A DNA stretch of 64,000 bases from Anolis carolinensis (Eukaryota), in assembly GCF_035594765.1 (NCBI RefSeq), contig NC_085841.1:319309402-319373401 (forward strand). The letters are read 5' to 3'. Position 1 is the stretch's first letter; every line of letters starts with the position of its first letter. The notes under the pieces are model-generated. The model searched no databases. It saw only the letters and a list, made by a program, of their open reading frames with translations, and was not told the origin of the DNA. Positions 25,941 through 39,732 of the stretch are shown here, piece by piece. The translations under genes were made by a program, and so were the position numbers.

Positions 25941-26727
25941 ATAAAGCCACTAAAACCAAATCCCAGCTCAGATCAGTCAACATTCAGTCAAAAAGTATTG
26001 TGTCTGATGCTGGAGTTTCTGAACATCAGAAAAAAATGGGCTAAAGAAGTCAATGTCTTTGCTAGGTAAACAGGGCCTGATATACTGTGACCTCTTGGAA
26101 GACGAACCACAGCAAAACAACAACAAACAATAATAACAACAATAATTTTAAAAGGACAGAAGCAGCAAACAGATTTGAAAGGGAAGATAATTAGAAAGCA
26201 AATCCATTAGCCTGAGATCACCAAAAGATAATGTTATACGATCTGGAAGGAAACATTCCCTAATGTAACAAAGCAGTGATTATGTGACCAAATATGACAA
26301 ATTATTCAAATAAACCGTGGAACTGCAAAAAAAGATCAATAAAGCAGAAGAACAAGAGGATTAAAGTGATGAGGAATCAATGGAAGCTTCTAACTTGGAA
26401 AAGAAATGTTTTGAACCACTAATTGAAAACCAAGCTAGTATTGGAAATTTAGAAACTGAAATGTTATTGCAAGAAAATAAGGAAAGAAAAGAAAATTACA
26501 TGTTTTTGTTAGTAGATGAATATCAAAGGATAGGTATTGGCAACAGATGTAGTACTGGTTTAGTTATAAATATATTTGGCAAGTTGGAGTCACATCATCA
26601 GATGGACTGCAAGGCTAAAATGGGATAAGATGGTTTTGCCTGTTTTGAACTGTGTTTGAAAGAAGGGTGGGACAGTAACATAATGGTATGTCAGGTGGTT
26701 ACTTTTACTTTGAGTACTCTTAATGCA

Positions 26728-26963
26728 CAGTTATCTCTCCACATTTTCAGGGGTTAGAGGTACAAGACCCCCACAAAAGTGGGGGATGTAGCAAATAAAA
26801 ACCCCACCTTTTAAAACAAAAACAAAAAAATGGGAGACTACCTCTAGGGAATCTCTAGGTCCTCCAGCGTGACACTGTGGTCAACTTCCAGCAGAAAATT
26901 TTAATCAAATCTGTGAATAATCAAATCTGTAAAAGGCAAAACTGCAAATCTGAAGGGCTATAC
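26728..26963. mobile_element. pogo/Tigger-like MITE (degenerate)
   Basis: CAGTTATCTCTCCACATTT ... GCAAATCTGAAGGGCTATACTA imperfect TIRs; homologous to the nested insert at 4522. Confidence 0.5.
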
Positions 26964-28959
26964 TATAGAGTAGTCTGGTATGATTAACTGCTATACTTTG
27001 GTGAAATCATGGAATCTTTGCTGTGGTGCATGGAATTCACTGATAGAAATTCCTAAATGTTGTAGTTAAGGTCAGTGCGTTAGAGCTCTCTAGCAAAGAA
27101 TTATAATGATTCAACCCAACCGTAAATCCCAAAATTCCATAGGACAGAGCCAGTTCAAGTGGTATAAGATTAATAAAAGAACATAATATAGATAAGTCTT
27201 GGTTAATATGTTATCAAGTGGATAGATCACCAGACTCTTAATGATATATGTAATGCAATGACATCTGTCTCTATTGGAGGGCTATCCTTTTGGAGAGGCC
27301 AATGGAAGTCCAGAGTGGCTTTTTAGGCTTAACATGGGTTTAACCTACTATAGAATTATTGCACTAAAATATATCAAGGTGAAATATTGTGTTAATATGG
27401 AGCTTGGTCTTATTTATGATCCCTCAGTAAGAATTCCATAATTCAGTATTAATTAGGCAACAAACCATGACTGGATGTGAGCTATGGAGTAATTATTCAT
27501 GTTTACTGAAGCTCAGCCTCATGCCATCTTCTGCAACTAAGCATGAGTAATTAAACTATAAATCAAGACTTATTGCAATATCATATTTCTAATACAAAAA
27601 TTGTGCAAAAATATTTGTTGGGCTGTTGTGTTTTTTCCATGCTACTCAAACATAGTATTTCAGCATGAGAATATTGCTGTCTGAACCTTAAGTTCAGAGG
27701 CAAAATATCTGAACCAAAATGAAATGTACATTTAACGTAATATTTCTTAGTCCCCATCTACACTGACCACTTAGACTGATGTATAGACAGATCTGCCTTA
27801 TGTATGGGGCAGATCTGGCATAATGTGGTCAGTGCCAGATTTACCATTGTGTTTAAGTGTGCTTAAGCGCAGTTACCCCATTGGCCAGGGGGCCCCATCT
27901 CTCCCCCCAACCATTTTTACGATAGTTTTTGCTTATGTGGTACAATTTGATGGCGTTCTGTTTCAGAGTGATTCCAGACATAATGATAGAGTTGCTAGTT
28001 AATGGGAGTGTGTCACAAAGCAGGTAGTGTAGGCCTACTGGGCCTCCCTCCTTCAGAGCTCAAGCAAGGGGCCTCATAACTTAATTAACACAAGGCCTCA
28101 TTTGTCCTAAATCCGGTACTGAATGCAGGGCAAAGTCATGCTAGCCAAAGTTGGGGAAAAATCAAATTCTACCAGATTTAGGGTTGGTGGGATTGGTTGG
28201 GTTAGTTCTAAAATGGAACCAATTGGAATTATCCCCACTGCTATTTGACATCTCTCGGGTGGCCAGTGACACAGGATGGTGTCCCCTTCACCCCCTTTCC
28301 TTGTGTGCTGGTTCAGGTAAAGGGTTTTAAAGATTAAAAAATGATGTGTTTCGATGACTTGCATGGAAAGAGCCTATAACTTAGTGAGAAGAGTACATTC
28401 CAGGTTGAATCTCTAGTATCATTAGGTATACTTCCGCCTGAAATCCTTTAAAGGTATTAGTGTTGATCGTTCTTTCCTAATCTGATGGACTCCACACATG
28501 TTGAACTGTATTTTCCATCATACAAAGATGATGGAAAATGCAACCTGACATGTTTGGAATGGACTAGGAATGGGCGAATCAGATGTTGACAAGAGTGGTA
28601 GTTTGTTGTTGTACTCCCTCAAGTCATTTCTGATTTACGGCAACCGTAAGGCAAACCTATTATGGAGTTTTCTGGGGCTGAAGGTGTGTGACTCTCCCAA
28701 GGTCACCCAGAAAATCAATCCCTGGTCTTCGGGGTCATAGTCCAACACTTTTGACTTGGTATATAGTAGTTTTTACTTCCTCTTCCACCAGAGCATGATG
28801 GAATTAGCTCTAATTTTTGATATTATGGCATATGACCACATATTGGGAGTTAGCTTACATTGTTTCATCAAGATTAATTTCATCAATTGTCTTTTTAGTC
28901 AATGATGCCGATCTTGCATCCTATGGGTATCCTCAGACTGGGCAAAGTGTTCCACATCA

Positions 28960-29246
28960 GTCCTCTTTGCTGCAGGGCGTGGGGAAGTTGCCGCCCCATG
29001 TCCTTTATTACCAGGCTCCTCCGGCAGCTGATCCCATGGGGGGAAGAGTTGTGCGAGGGCATGGCTTTCCCCCATTAAAGTCAATAGCAACACGGGAAGC
29101 CTCCTGTGTTGCCACAACAGTACGCCGGTTCTGCCCTCCTTCACCTATGGAGCCGGCACAACGTCATCTGATGGGAGCTGGCCAGCTCCATGGGTGACTA
29201 GGGCTAGATTGGCGTATGCCACTGATTTTAGCCCCATATGATGAGG
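28960..29246. mobile_element. Interspersed repeat, probably Harbinger-type
   Basis: Homologous to 11520-11722; ends ATGATGAGG like the Harbinger TIR at 16049-16064. Confidence 0.5.
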
Positions 29247-29607
29247 TTGCAAGTTAGGGACCTAAGGACCCCTTCACAATACACAATTATAGCACTATGA
29301 TTCCATTTTAACTTCCATGGTGGCAACCTGGGGTTTCCAGTCTGCTAAGGGACTAGCTCAGAATTCCAAATTTCTTTCCCTAATCTAAAAACCTCAGGAT
29401 TCCACAGGATGGAATGGCAGCAATTAAAGTTAAAATGGTTTTTCTTACCCACCTCTCACCAAGGCTCAAATGAAGTTTAAAAGGACCCCAGTTTCAGAAG
29501 GTTACCAACTCATTAATTACTTAGCATGGAATAGTTTGGAACCCCATCTACACTGCTACATAATGTCATTTCAAACAGCAATATATGGTAGTGTAGATGG
29601 GACCCTA

Positions 29608-30034
29608 CCGTGTTTCCCCGAAAATAAGACAGTGTCTTATATTAATTTTTGCTCCCAAATATGCGCTAGGTCTTATTTTCAGGGGATGTCTTATTTTTTC
29701 ACATTTATTGTTGAACAAGAATTCACATTTATTGTTGAACAAAAAAATGAACATTTATTATATACTGTACAGTAGTTGTCATCACAAACCAGCATAACCA
29801 GACAAACTGAATCCTATCAAGAATTTCTTGTTACTACCAATATTTCCATGTACAACACTTTATGGTACGTACATTTACTGATCCTGCATGCTCTGGTGTT
29901 CTGTTCGTTGGGCATGCTTACAAACAAAAACTTCGCTAGGTCTTACTTTCAGGGGAGGCCTTATATCTAGCAATTCAGCAAAACCTCTACTAGGTCTTAT
30001 TTTCTAGGGATGTCTTATTTCAGGGAAAACAGGG
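29608..30034. mobile_element. Tc1/mariner (Tc2-like) MITE
   Basis: TA-CCGTGTTTCCCCGAAAATAAGAC ... GTCTTATTTCAGGGAAAACAGGG-TA; internal repeated CTAGGTCTTA motifs. Confidence 0.85.
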
Positions 30035-31847
30035 TAGAAGGCTTATGTCTATTGTATGTTGCACCTTCTCTTTAGATTTTTATTCTTGCTAATATATCTT
30101 TCTTAAACTGACAGCTCTTCCACTTGTTCATTTATCGTCTTTTTGTTACCATTTTTGGGATGGAATGGGAATATTTTGCTGCTTTAGTCACAGGTTCAGC
30201 CTTCAGACTTGTGAGGCACGATGCACAAGAGGGCAGCATTTCCCAGGAAAAAAAGCCATCGGTGATTTATATAAAGTGCTATCTTGTGGGATGCTGGCAC
30301 AAGCTTTCCCTGCAGAAACAAATGTTGCAGTGATTGCATCATCCCAGATATTTTAAATCTGGTCCTTCGGCCAATCCAATGAGTCTGGGGAATTGAACAA
30401 ATTAGGAATACATTTTCCTGTGTTTTCAGACTTTATTTTCTTTGTGTAACTTCTCCAAGCAGAGCTGCAAGAGAAAGCAGAAAATAGCAGCAACTGCCAG
30501 CAAGGACAACTGTCTTCATACTTTTGCAATCTGCAGCCAATATTTGATAATGGCAACAATTGATTCAGCAACGCGTCCTGCCGTTTCTGCTCCAAGGTCA
30601 CCTTCAGGCACTGAAAATAGCAGAATTTTCAATGGTGCCCAAAGAATAGAAGACTTTGGATCATGCATTATTCAGAAAACAAAACAACAACAAAAAAACC
30701 CCACACCTTTAAAAGGAAATGGCACACATACATTTCTTTTTAATTTAGAAAATGTATAGATACTGTTTAGCAATATAGCATGTCCTGTGTGATTATTCCA
30801 ACTTGTAGGCAAAACCCTATAATTACAATCAAATAGCCAATGCAATACCATTTGTAAATGTTGTCTCAATTTTCCTGTGGCAAATGAATGTTTTTGTATT
30901 AAAAAGGCTAGCAGACAAAGAAGAGGGAGGAGATGGGATAAGTGTTTGTATGGAATGAGAGCTAATAATGAAATCCTGTGTTTATCCTCAGAATCCAAGG
31001 TCTATTATTTTCTTAGGCCATAATGGAAAAAAGCGAAGGTGACAGCTTGTGCAGAGACATAAATGTGAAGTCTGCTTTCCATGTTGCTACTTGCAATCAA
31101 ATATATCAAAGGGTTAAGCATGCAAAGAGGGCTTTGTGGCCATTTACACATCCAAATGATAGATGAGAAGATAGGGACAGTCACACCCACATAGTACGAA
31201 CCATATAATATAAAATGCATTTGTTATAATAGACCATATACCATCACAGGCATAAAAGCACAGGACATTATTATACAATGGTTCATGCAATATATAAGTG
31301 AAACACTTGACTACTGGGCTTGTGTTTTGGTTCTGTTGTGTAGCATGGGCTTCTATTGTACAGCATTCCAATCATTTTAAAATACAAACACACTGGACAA
31401 TGGAAAGGCTTCCATTGTTCTTTGATTGTATCGCGTGCTTTCACTGAATTTCTGTTGTGTTCTGTTTCAGCTGTTGCACAATTCATTGTATAATACTGTC
31501 TGTCTTATGCTTGTATATGTATTATGTCATATTTTTATTGTGAAAATTGCATTTTATATTGTAGTGGGTGCAGGCTATTTGGATATGAGTAAGGCAGAGA
31601 ACAAATGTGGGCACATATTTGCATAAAATTTGCATGTATATATGCAGATTTACTTATGTATGTAATTTACACCCCACCTTTCTCCCACCTTTCTCATAGT
31701 AGTAACATATAGTTTATAATAAAGTATATGTGAAGCCATAAGGATGAAGAAGTTTTAAAAACCATTACATAAGCAATCTTATTAAAAGTACCAATTTAAA
31801 ACATTCTATTCTAATTCTAATTCTAAATTCTAATTCTAAATTCTAAA

Positions 31848-33055
31848 TCCATAATAAAAGCGAAAACCCGTATGTGTGTATGTGGTACGGATGTCTGTTC
31901 ACACAGACAGCTTCCAGCCTCCACAAGCAGGCTATAGTTCCCAGGGTTAAGAATCCAGCAAGTCACTCTTTTCCACTGACATTGCGGTTACAGCGAGCGC
32001 CATGAACATGCAGCCCAGCCCCTGCCAATGTCCTTCCCAAACACTACAGCCCACCACCCAAGGAATGCTTTCGTTTGTGGACCATTTCATCCTAGATTTT
32101 GCTTTTTCTTCCACCACAGGCAGGCATCCCAGGGTTCTCCATTGCTGTGGAATTTGCACGGCCACGCCCACTGCCCTTTTCTTTCCAATCTCTCTGCATA
32201 AGAAACAGAGCAGAACTGAGCTGCAACTAAACTTACTGGAGGAGTTTAGGGATTGACTCCACATGGTGGAAGTTGTAGTTCACCCTGCATCAAGTCAGAG
32301 CACTGTCACTCCTACTGGGGAATATAGAGGAGTTGTAGTTCACCTACACCCAGAACGCTATGAACCCAAACAATGACTGCTCTCGGCCAAACTTGCCATG
32401 CAGACCTGATATGCCCAGATTTGACTACTGGTGGGTTTGGAGGGGAACTGGACTGGAAGTTGAGGAGTAGTAGGTACTGGGATTTATAGTTCACCTGCAA
32501 TGAATGAGCATCACACTTGGCACACAGAGCCCCCATAACCAATACAACATATTGGACATGTTTGGGAAAAAGGGAGTTATAGTTCACCTGCAGCCAGATA
32601 AACACTGACCCTCACCGACAATGCACTAGGACCACACTTCACACAGAGAAGCCTCATGACCTACTGAACATACTCCGGGTATTTGTGGGAAGGGGCCTTG
32701 ATTTTGGGAGTTGTAGTTCACCTCCATCCAAAGACCACTGAACCCATCCAATGACGAATCTAGACCAAACTTGGCACACAGACTGAATATTGCCTGCTGT
32801 GGATACTGATAGATATTTCGGGGCAATTGCACCGGGAATCTGGAAGTTGCCGTAGTTCACCCCCATCCAGAGAGTACTGCACCACACCTGGAGCACACGC
32901 CCAAAATGGCCAACTTATAATACTGGCAAGGTTTGGGGAGGATTCAGCCATGATTCTGGGAATTGTAGTTCACCCACTCCAAACAGAATACAAACATTAA
33001 AAGACAAATAATACCATTCTCAAATGACCTGGGCACCGCAGGGTCCCCAAGCTAG
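31848..33055 (+). mobile_element. Non-autonomous Helitron #1
   Basis: 5' TCCATAATAAAAG; 3' hairpin CCTGGGCACCGCAGG followed by CCAAGCTAG|T; no TSD. Confidence 0.8.
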
Positions 33056-34251
33056 TATATAATAAAAGTCAGTGTTTGTATGTATGTTTGTGGGTATGTT
33101 TCTGCGTATGTTTGCATGTGGCAACTTTCTGATTGGCCGCCACTTTCACAGGCAACTGCGACCACCAGGAATGACAGACCTGGCCCAAACTTGGCACACT
33201 TAACCCCCATGATGCACTTTATGGCCTGGTGCCGTTTGGGGGACGATGGACCACGGATTATAGGATTTGCAGCACTTTCAATTGCTTTGCCTTCCACAGA
33301 CCACTGCGATGCCCACCAGTGATGGAACTGGACCAAACTTGGCAGACAGGACCCACATCACCCACTTTACACCATGTTGCAGTTTGGGGGAGGGTGGACC
33401 ACAGATGATGGGATTGCAGTACCTTCACTCACTTCCTGAGACCACTGCAACTGGCAGGAATGAGAAAACTGAACCAAACTTAGCACACTTATCCCAAATG
33501 ACACACTTTACACACTGCAGCAGTTTGGGGGAGGATGGACCAAGGATTATGGAATTTGCAGTACTTCCAAACACTTCCTCTCTCACAGACCACTGTTACT
33601 CTATCCAATGACGAATCAGGACCACACTTGGCACATATATCACCCATGACCCATTTTAAGTCCTGGTGTGGTTTTGGGGAGGACATACCAAGGATAAGGG
33701 GACTTGGAGTACCTTCACTCACTTCCTGAGACCACTGCAACTGCCACAAATGACTGATCAAGACCAAACCTGGCACACAGAGCCGCAATGACCCACTCTA
33801 TACCCTGGGTTGATTTGGAGGATTCTGGACCATGGAGGATGGGACTTGCAATACCGTCACTCACTTCCAGAGACCACTGCAATTCCCACCAGTAACGAAT
33901 CAGTACCAAACTCAGCACACAGAACCCTCATGACCCACTTTACATCCTGGTGCAGTTTGGAAGAGTTTGGACCATGGATGATGGGACTCGCAGTATCTTC
34001 ACTAATTTCCTGAGAGCACTGTGACCCCCAACAATGACTGATCAACACCAAATTTGGCATATTGAGCCCCCATGACTCATTCTACATCCTGACGCTGTTT
34101 GGAGGGAGATGGACCATGGATAACGGGACTTACCTATGGAAGCAGAAGTTCACCTGCACCCACTGCACCCAGCTGACATTTGATATAGACTAAACACAGC
34201 CAAAAAATGCCTTTCTTTAATAACCCGGGCACCACCGGGTCCCCAAGCTAG
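33056..34251 (+). mobile_element. Non-autonomous Helitron #2, head-to-tail with #1
   Basis: 5' TATATAATAAAAG; 3' hairpin CCCGGGCACCACCGGG followed by CCAAGCTAG|T. Confidence 0.85.
33150..34130 (+). repeat. ~141-148-bp tandem array (7 units) inside Helitron #2
   Basis: CCAAACTTGGCACAC-like anchor at ~33190, 33338, 33479, 33627, 33769, 33911, 34053. Confidence 0.9.
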
Positions 34252-35675
34252 TATATAATAAATGCGAAAGCGACAACTATGGAATAGCAATGGGGAGGAG
34301 GGAGAGGGGATGGCACAGAAACAGAATGGGACCATTACACAAAGGGAGTTGATGGGAACACTCCAGAATTAGAAGCTATTAAAAATGTTTTTAAAATAAA
34401 AATACATAGAGCATCAGCTACCTTTTATTGATTTTGAATGTCAATAACAGAGCAGGAAATTGTTAGTTATTTCAGGTAATATTGCTGCATTTTTACAATG
34501 AGATATATGAATATATATTTATTTGCAGTATGTGCAAAAATGTTTTACCATTCTGTGTAATTAACTGGGGGCGGGGTGTGTGTGTGTGTGTGGATCAAAT
34601 ACATACAGTACTGTTACTTTACCTGTCTTTCATTGTTTACTGTTTACTATGACAGTGGGCCCTTGGTACCAACTGGGAATTTTTTTAAGGACTCATAATG
34701 GATACCAAAATCTATAGATACTTAAGTCACATTACTGCATTTACAATGGTATAGTAAAATAATGTCCCTTACATAAACATTTTTTTGTTTTTTAAAAAGG
34801 TATGTTTCCAAGATGTGAATGTTGAGTCCTTGGATGGAGAACCAATGGATAAAGAAACCACTATACCTAATAATGATACCCTGTGCATACCTCTCAAAAA
34901 CATTGGGCTATGAACATATTTGAAAGATAGATTTTAAAACAGCCAATGAAGGACTATGCAATAGTTGCTGATCCCCCCGCCCCCACAAGAACATTCATGA
35001 GATTGCCAAGGCAGAGCCAAAGCATAATGAACATCTCATCAGATTAGGAGTATATTCATGAAGTCAGGATCCAGGCTATTAAACTTTTCAGCATTTTGAC
35101 TAATTTTAACTTATTATAGAATGATGAATAACAAAGCTTTTCTAGAAAAGTACAAGATGAGCAACACATGCAAGGCATGATTGTCCCATGATGATCTTGG
35201 CAGCTTACAAAAGATGTCAACTTTGAAGCTGCAAAGGATGCATGTCAGCAACTTCAATCAACAAAGCAGCCTCTAGTCAAGCTCAGTAAATTGGAGATGA
35301 ACAATGCAGCACAGTGAAAAAAGTCATGTGTTTTGAACGGAGAGGATCTATGTTGAGTGTCTAGCAAGGAAATAATTATCCCACGCTGCAGCTGCATACA
35401 CAGCTGGCCTTTTCTCCCCATTTGCACTCCAGCAAATCATCAGTCCACTCTTGAACTTTAGGAAACACAGACATTCCACTTGAATTAGAAATGTCTGAGA
35501 TGGGAAGAACCAGGAATCATTTGCAACTGGTTCCTGCTGAAGCTGGTGATGCTAGTATTTTACCCATTCACTTCACTTACAGATTCCCATGTACAGTTTA
35601 ATAAAAAGAATGAACAACATTGAAGAAAAATGTGAAGAAGGAATAGCTTAGTGTTGTTCTTCTCCACATACATAG

Positions 35676-36303
35676 AGCCTGTCTACACTGGTCAAAATGT
35701 GACAAAAACCTGCAGCCATGTGTGGCAGGGTGCATAGCCAGACATACCTGCCATACTGATGCACTGTTGGCACAAGCAGGTATAGCCAATACTACTCTCC
35801 TATCCTTGTGCCCATTTCATTCCAAAACAGAAGAAACAGATTGTTTACCAATGCAGCAGACATCCCTATACTTCCGTACTGCTTAGAATAAACATGTCAG
35901 AGCTTTGGCGAGCAAATCCCCCTCTTTTCTCCATAGCTCCATCACACCATTTCTGAGTGCCACAGTGCTATGGGAAAGCCTCTCACATCAGTAAACATAA
36001 TTTATCTTTTTCTTCATTTTGGGGTGAAACAGGATGCAGGGAGGGGAGGGTGACATTGCCATCCTGTTTCACCCCAAAATCCCTGAGCCTGAGGAGCATG
36101 GAATGGCTGTGGAGACTAACATTGGGGATCACACATGGTGATCCCTGATAGCAGTCTCCACAGCTAAGGCAGCAATAGAAGTCCGGATCTTCCTGGAATT
36201 GCAGATTTATCCTGGATTACATCGCATTCACTTGGTGTGCTATTTGGACGCCCCAGATTAACAGGTCAGCTACACTACATTATCTGGCAGTGTAGATGGG
36301 CCC
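35676..36303. mobile_element. PIF/Harbinger-type MITE
   Basis: GAGCCTGTCTACACTG ... CAGTGTAGATGGGCCC imperfect TIRs. Confidence 0.55.
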
Positions 36304-36893
36304 TCGGTCTATCTAGCCTCATAAAACATTAGAGAATAGAATGCCTGAAATTTGGAGCTAAATGTAGGTTAATGGTCTAGGAAATCAGCACAGGTGAAAT
36401 GGCTATGAGAGAAACCATATCTTAATGGTAGAAGTGTGCTTTGCAAGATAGTATTCTCATTTACAAGGGTCAGGTCACAGGTGATGGGGAATATATTGCC
36501 TGAGAGACCCCAGAGTATTAGAGACAGTACTAGAGATGAACAAATAATTTGAGCTAGTATAGGGCGCATCTCCTATGTTTTATACCTTAGATTTTCCTAG
36601 ATAGCACTTCAGATTCTTGAAAAAAGCTATGACCCTTTTGAGATTGTTGGGCTACATCTTCCATAAACTCTGATGATTGTCCATTTTGACTCGACCTGAG
36701 ATTATCTCAGGCCAAGACAGCATGGACATCTAATCAAGGATGACAGGCAGTATTGTTCAACAATATCTATTGGGTCATCACTTTTGCACCCCTCATACTT
36801 TACTGTTCCAACTATACCATATTTTAAATATAAGATGCAGTGGTTGGGTTTAAATTTTTGGATATTAATGTCTTAAAAATAAATCTCTGTGCC

Positions 36894-37858
36894 TGTGATG
36901 ACTCATGGGCCATGTAGTCCCGTTCCTAACGCTGTTGTGACAGATGAAGAGGAAAACTTGGGGTTTCCACCATTTCAGCCAGAATTGGAACTTTCCCAGC
37001 CTGAATTGGAGCCCTTGCACCTGCAAGAGGTTTGCCTTCCAGAAATCTGCCAAACAAGCCCTGAGTCAGAATCTCCCCCATTTTCTCGCCGTAGTTATTA
37101 TCAACAACAAAAAGGAGTTCAGCAGGCTAATCGCAGAAGCCTGAGAATCGCAGCCAGGCATTCGGCTGATTAAGACTGCTTCCATGAGAAATTCTAGGGA
37201 GTCATGCATCTGGACACAGAGATTGACTTTCGGTTCTGATTCCCCAGAGAAGTGTTCTTTGGTGGGAAAACGAGACCCTATTTAGGTTCCTTGCCCCGAA
37301 GGAATCTTGCGGAGTCAATTCGTCAGCTACTGGAGTAGGTTGTGTGTGGACAGCGCTACTCCCGTTTCCAAGCCTCGTTCCTGTTTCCAAGCCTTCGTTC
37401 ACGTTCCCAGCCTTGTTTGCTTCACGGACCTTGCCTTGTTTCCTAGGACTCAGCCTTGCCTTCCAGGACCTTGCCTTGCTTCCCGGACCTTGCCAAGTAT
37501 TTACCACGGATCTTGTCCCTGTTCCTCGTTCCTTGTTGCCTTGAATCAAGCTTTGTGTACCAAGAATCAAGCTATTTCCTTGCCTTGCCTAAGTTTCATG
37601 GATTAAAGGACCTTGTCATCTCCCCTCACCTTGCTTGGCAAAGTGAGTGTTTCGGTTACTGGATTACAACTTTGGACCTTACTATTTCATATTGGACATT
37701 GTTTTCCTGGACTATATTTGACCTTTCCTGAAAGGACATCTTCTGAACTATATTCTACACTTATTTTTATTGCCTTTACTTATTTCCTTAATAAAGATAT
37801 TAGATAGATTCTGGCCTCTGTGTATGGTTATTGGTGCTCTGCAGCCTGGGTCGTGACA
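36894..37858 (+). mobile_element. Gypsy/chromovirus solo LTR with a frame-2 ORF at 36895-37173
   Basis: TGTGA...TGACA termini; perfect 5-bp TSD GTGCC; AATAAAGATATTAGA; homologous to the 3' LTR at 40265-41125. Confidence 0.95.
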
Positions 37859-39732
37859 GTGCCTTCAAGAAAACTGCAAATGTTATCAATTTAAAAGGAA
37901 TTTAAGAAATCCTTTCTCAGGTTATCTTGTTTATTCAGTTTTAAATTTAGCTTTTATTTTAGAGCAGCAGGACATCCAAGGCAACCCTGCATGATTAAAT
38001 GGCACTGCTATTGACCTCTGATACAGCATGTTGGCTCTTTCTGGCTGGATGCACAAAACCTTGTGGAGTCTTTTTTCTTAGTTTCTTAATGTACACTATA
38101 TATTTTTTAAACTCCCTTTGGAGCTTTCCTTCATATTTGTGACTTTCTTGTGAAATGCCTCATTTTCTTCAGTGCAATCTTATATATTACTTAAATTCAG
38201 ATCTTCTTAGGACCTCTTCACATTGAGGTCCCCAATCCGGGCAATAGTGGGGGGATTTGCTACAGATTATGGTGAAACCAGTGGGGCCTGGGGAGGTGTG
38301 GGGAACCCATCACCCCACGCACATCTCCAATACACATCAAGAATGATACAGTTCTTTAAAAATGTCCCAGGATAATCCAGGCTCTGTCAAAAATGTGCTG
38401 CAGCTGATCCCTGTATATCCCAGATCTGGGGCAAAATTGGCTCTGCGAAATGTGAAGTGCATTGTAGAAACTCACCCCTGCTGAAGTCAGGGAAAGATCC
38501 CAAACAGAGGTTGCCAAAAATGCCCCAAGGACATGACTGGGCTGCAGGGGGTCAGTTGGCCACCTGGGGGCACAATTGATTGTTTCCTCCTCTACTGGTC
38601 ATTTTCCACTACACCACACAGGCTCTCTGTATAAGAGGAAAAGTCTGAAAGTGACTATAAGGCCTAAATGACTTAGACCATCACTTAGAACCATGTTGAA
38701 GGAAATAATCTGCTTAGATGTAAAGAATGGAGCAATTTCCTATGATTTCAAGTTAAGTTCAATGTGTACAGAACATTCTGAGTAGATTCCAGAACATCTT
38801 CACAGCTAGAACACAGGAAAATGATACAAAGAACCAATGTGATGTAGATATTTTGTGAACAATGTGTGAAATTACAAGTATAATCTGCTCAATTGCTGCC
38901 ACTGTAAATTTAGATAAGAATTCTATGCAAAATTAATGTAATTGCTCATTTGGAATATTAATCAATCTGTTTTGGGGGTACACTACTATCTCTCACTACC
39001 TCAGTGGGCTATTTGTGTTGAGAAATGACAAGGGCCAAAGAAGATCAATACTTGGTCCAGCAAGCCCAGGGACCTGATTTTAGACTCGAATGTCCTCCTA
39101 TATCAACCTACCTGTCATTTCAGATCTTCGGTGGAGGCATCACCCTGACAGATTCTAAAGATAAATTCTTGCCAGTGTTGTTTTAAGCAGTTATGACATC
39201 ATAAAAGAGACACAGGATATCATAACTGTTGAATTTATTGTACTAAATGGTTGAGTATGACTCCTCAAACCTCCGAAGCATAGCAGAACCCTAACCAAAT
39301 CGTTTCCCAGGTGCTGAAGGTCAGGGAATTGGAAAACGATGTTTGATGTGCACTCCCAGTTATGGGGCACTGTAGGGTTTCTCAAGTTGCCAGGTGCAGA
39401 GGACAGGAGCAGGGGGAATGCACAAAACTGATAATTTGTACATAAGGTGTTATATGTTTCATTAATTTATATTTCTTCTTTGCTGCCACCAATTAATATT
39501 CAGGTTTCTTTAGCTGTCACCATTTTATTACACCTCCGCCATTTCCTCTGTCAGGATTTTATACTGACAGGCCACCTCTTTGTTGGGATGTTCAGGAAGA
39601 CACACAAACTCTTTAGATGAAGTAAAACAAGAACATAATGTTTATTTATATTGGAACAGTAAAAATGTGTTGTGGTTTTAATAAAAAATTAGGCTTTACT
39701 CTTACAAGGAATGGTTTTATAACTTGAATTCT

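Noticed and set aside
33150-34130. CRISPR-like regularly spaced repeats
   Set aside because: The whole units are homologous (no unique spacers), the context is eukaryotic and there are no cas genes
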